Shown here piece by piece: positions 24,464-25,128 of a stretch of 25,128 nt of DNA (positions within the stretch are counted from its first letter, which is position 1; every line of letters starts with the position of its first letter). The position numbers and the translations under genes were made by a program. The notes under the pieces were generated by a model that did not search any database, had not been told where the DNA came from, and was given only the letters and a program-made list of their open reading frames with translations. Source of the DNA: a virus (lineage: Duplodnaviria > Caudoviricetes); the IMG/VR virus record IMGVR_UViG_3300032330_000882, positions 1 through 25,128 of that record; one strand, written 5' to 3'.

Positions 24464-24681
24464 TGCTCGAAGACATGATGCCACCAAAAAGACTTTATTC
24501 ATGCAGAATCCGTGTTTTAGCGGCAACGATGACTAAAGAAGATGCTGTTATTTTCATCAAAGCAGTCAATGACCCGAATTGGCCTGTCGTTACACTTGTT
24601 GAAGCACTACGAAACCGAGGTGTAGACATTTCTGCATCACCGATTACTAAACACCGTAAGGGGATGTGCAGCTGTGCTTGA
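24463..24681 (+). CDS. Small putative HTH/zinc-binding protein
   Basis: SC..LVEALRNRG..IS..ITKHRKGMCSC; RBS AAGGG. Confidence 0.7.
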   Translation: MLEDMMPPKRLYSCRIRVLAATMTKEDAVIFIKAVNDPNWPVVTLVEALRNRGVDISASPITKHRKGMCSCA

Positions 24682-25128
24682 AGACCTAACACCGGCTCAA
24701 AAGATTGACCCACCTAAAGACTGGAAACCGTCAGTCGAATTTGATGGCACTAATGGTGAGGCTACACTTCCGGCTCTACGAGATGAAGACAAGCCTGACT
24801 TTGACCAATTCCTAATTGATGCTGGCTTTGACCCTGCGACTATCGAAATCGTGGGCGAACCTCGCACTTCACGCTGGCAGGTCGCTAGGCCGTTTCCTCT
24901 TGAACCTATGTGGATGACTTCCTATAAGTTCCGTTTCCGTAAACGCACAGGTGCAACACTTGACCTACCGTTGCTGTATGCCGAGGCTAAGAAGACTAAG
25001 AAGACAACACCAAAGGCCACCGAAAAGGGCAAAGCCTTCATTGTTTGCCTAGCAGATTTTCAGGTTGGCAAGGTGGACTATCGCGGTGGATCTAAAGAAC
25101 TTGTTGAACGAGTGTTGGCTAGTTACGA
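24674..25128 (+). CDS. Putative metallophosphoesterase (Mre11/calcineurin-like), truncated by window end
   Basis: Open from GTG 24674 to end: MLEDLTP..GFDP..RTSRWQ..IVCLADFQVGKVDYRGG; only the first metal motif is visible. Confidence 0.65.
   Translation, partial: MLEDLTPAQKIDPPKDWKPSVEFDGTNGEATLPALRDEDKPDFDQFLIDAGFDPATIEIVGEPRTSRWQVARPFPLEPMWMTSYKFRFRKRTGATLDLPLLYAEAKKTKKTTPKATEKGKAFIVCLADFQVGKVDYRGGSKELVERVLASY

Overview
Most of a small tailed (siphovirus-type) phage genome, very likely infecting a low-GC actinobacterium; this host call is inferred from WhiB, an actinobacterial-type PNP and leaderless TANNNT promoters. Order: HK97-fold major capsid; a reverse-strand HNH nuclease + purine nucleoside phosphorylase cassette; two glycosyltransferases and a cytidylyltransferase-family enzyme; head-tail and tail genes (with a -1 frameshift chaperone, a reverse-strand insert and an 801-aa tape measure); lysis genes; whiB; recombination and replication genes (YqaJ, annealing protein, GIY-YIG, HTH initiator with iterons, GNAT, DnaB, SSB, RusA); small early genes; and a truncated metallophosphoesterase. 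Terminase, portal, integrase, tRNAs and CRISPR were not seen. The most notable signal is non-coding. Two unrelated nuclease genes (HNH and GIY-YIG/replication operon) each carry a predicted ~60-65 nt cis-antisense RNA with its own promoter, two hairpins whose G-U pairs work only on the antisense strand, and a shared GUUUCC..GCA loop motif; one exposes an anti-SD loop and the other overlaps a two-state leader switch. Also notable are the recoded capsid 3' end next to the HNH gene and an internally shortened PNP facing the glycosylation operon. All calls are by eye, without database searches or folding software.
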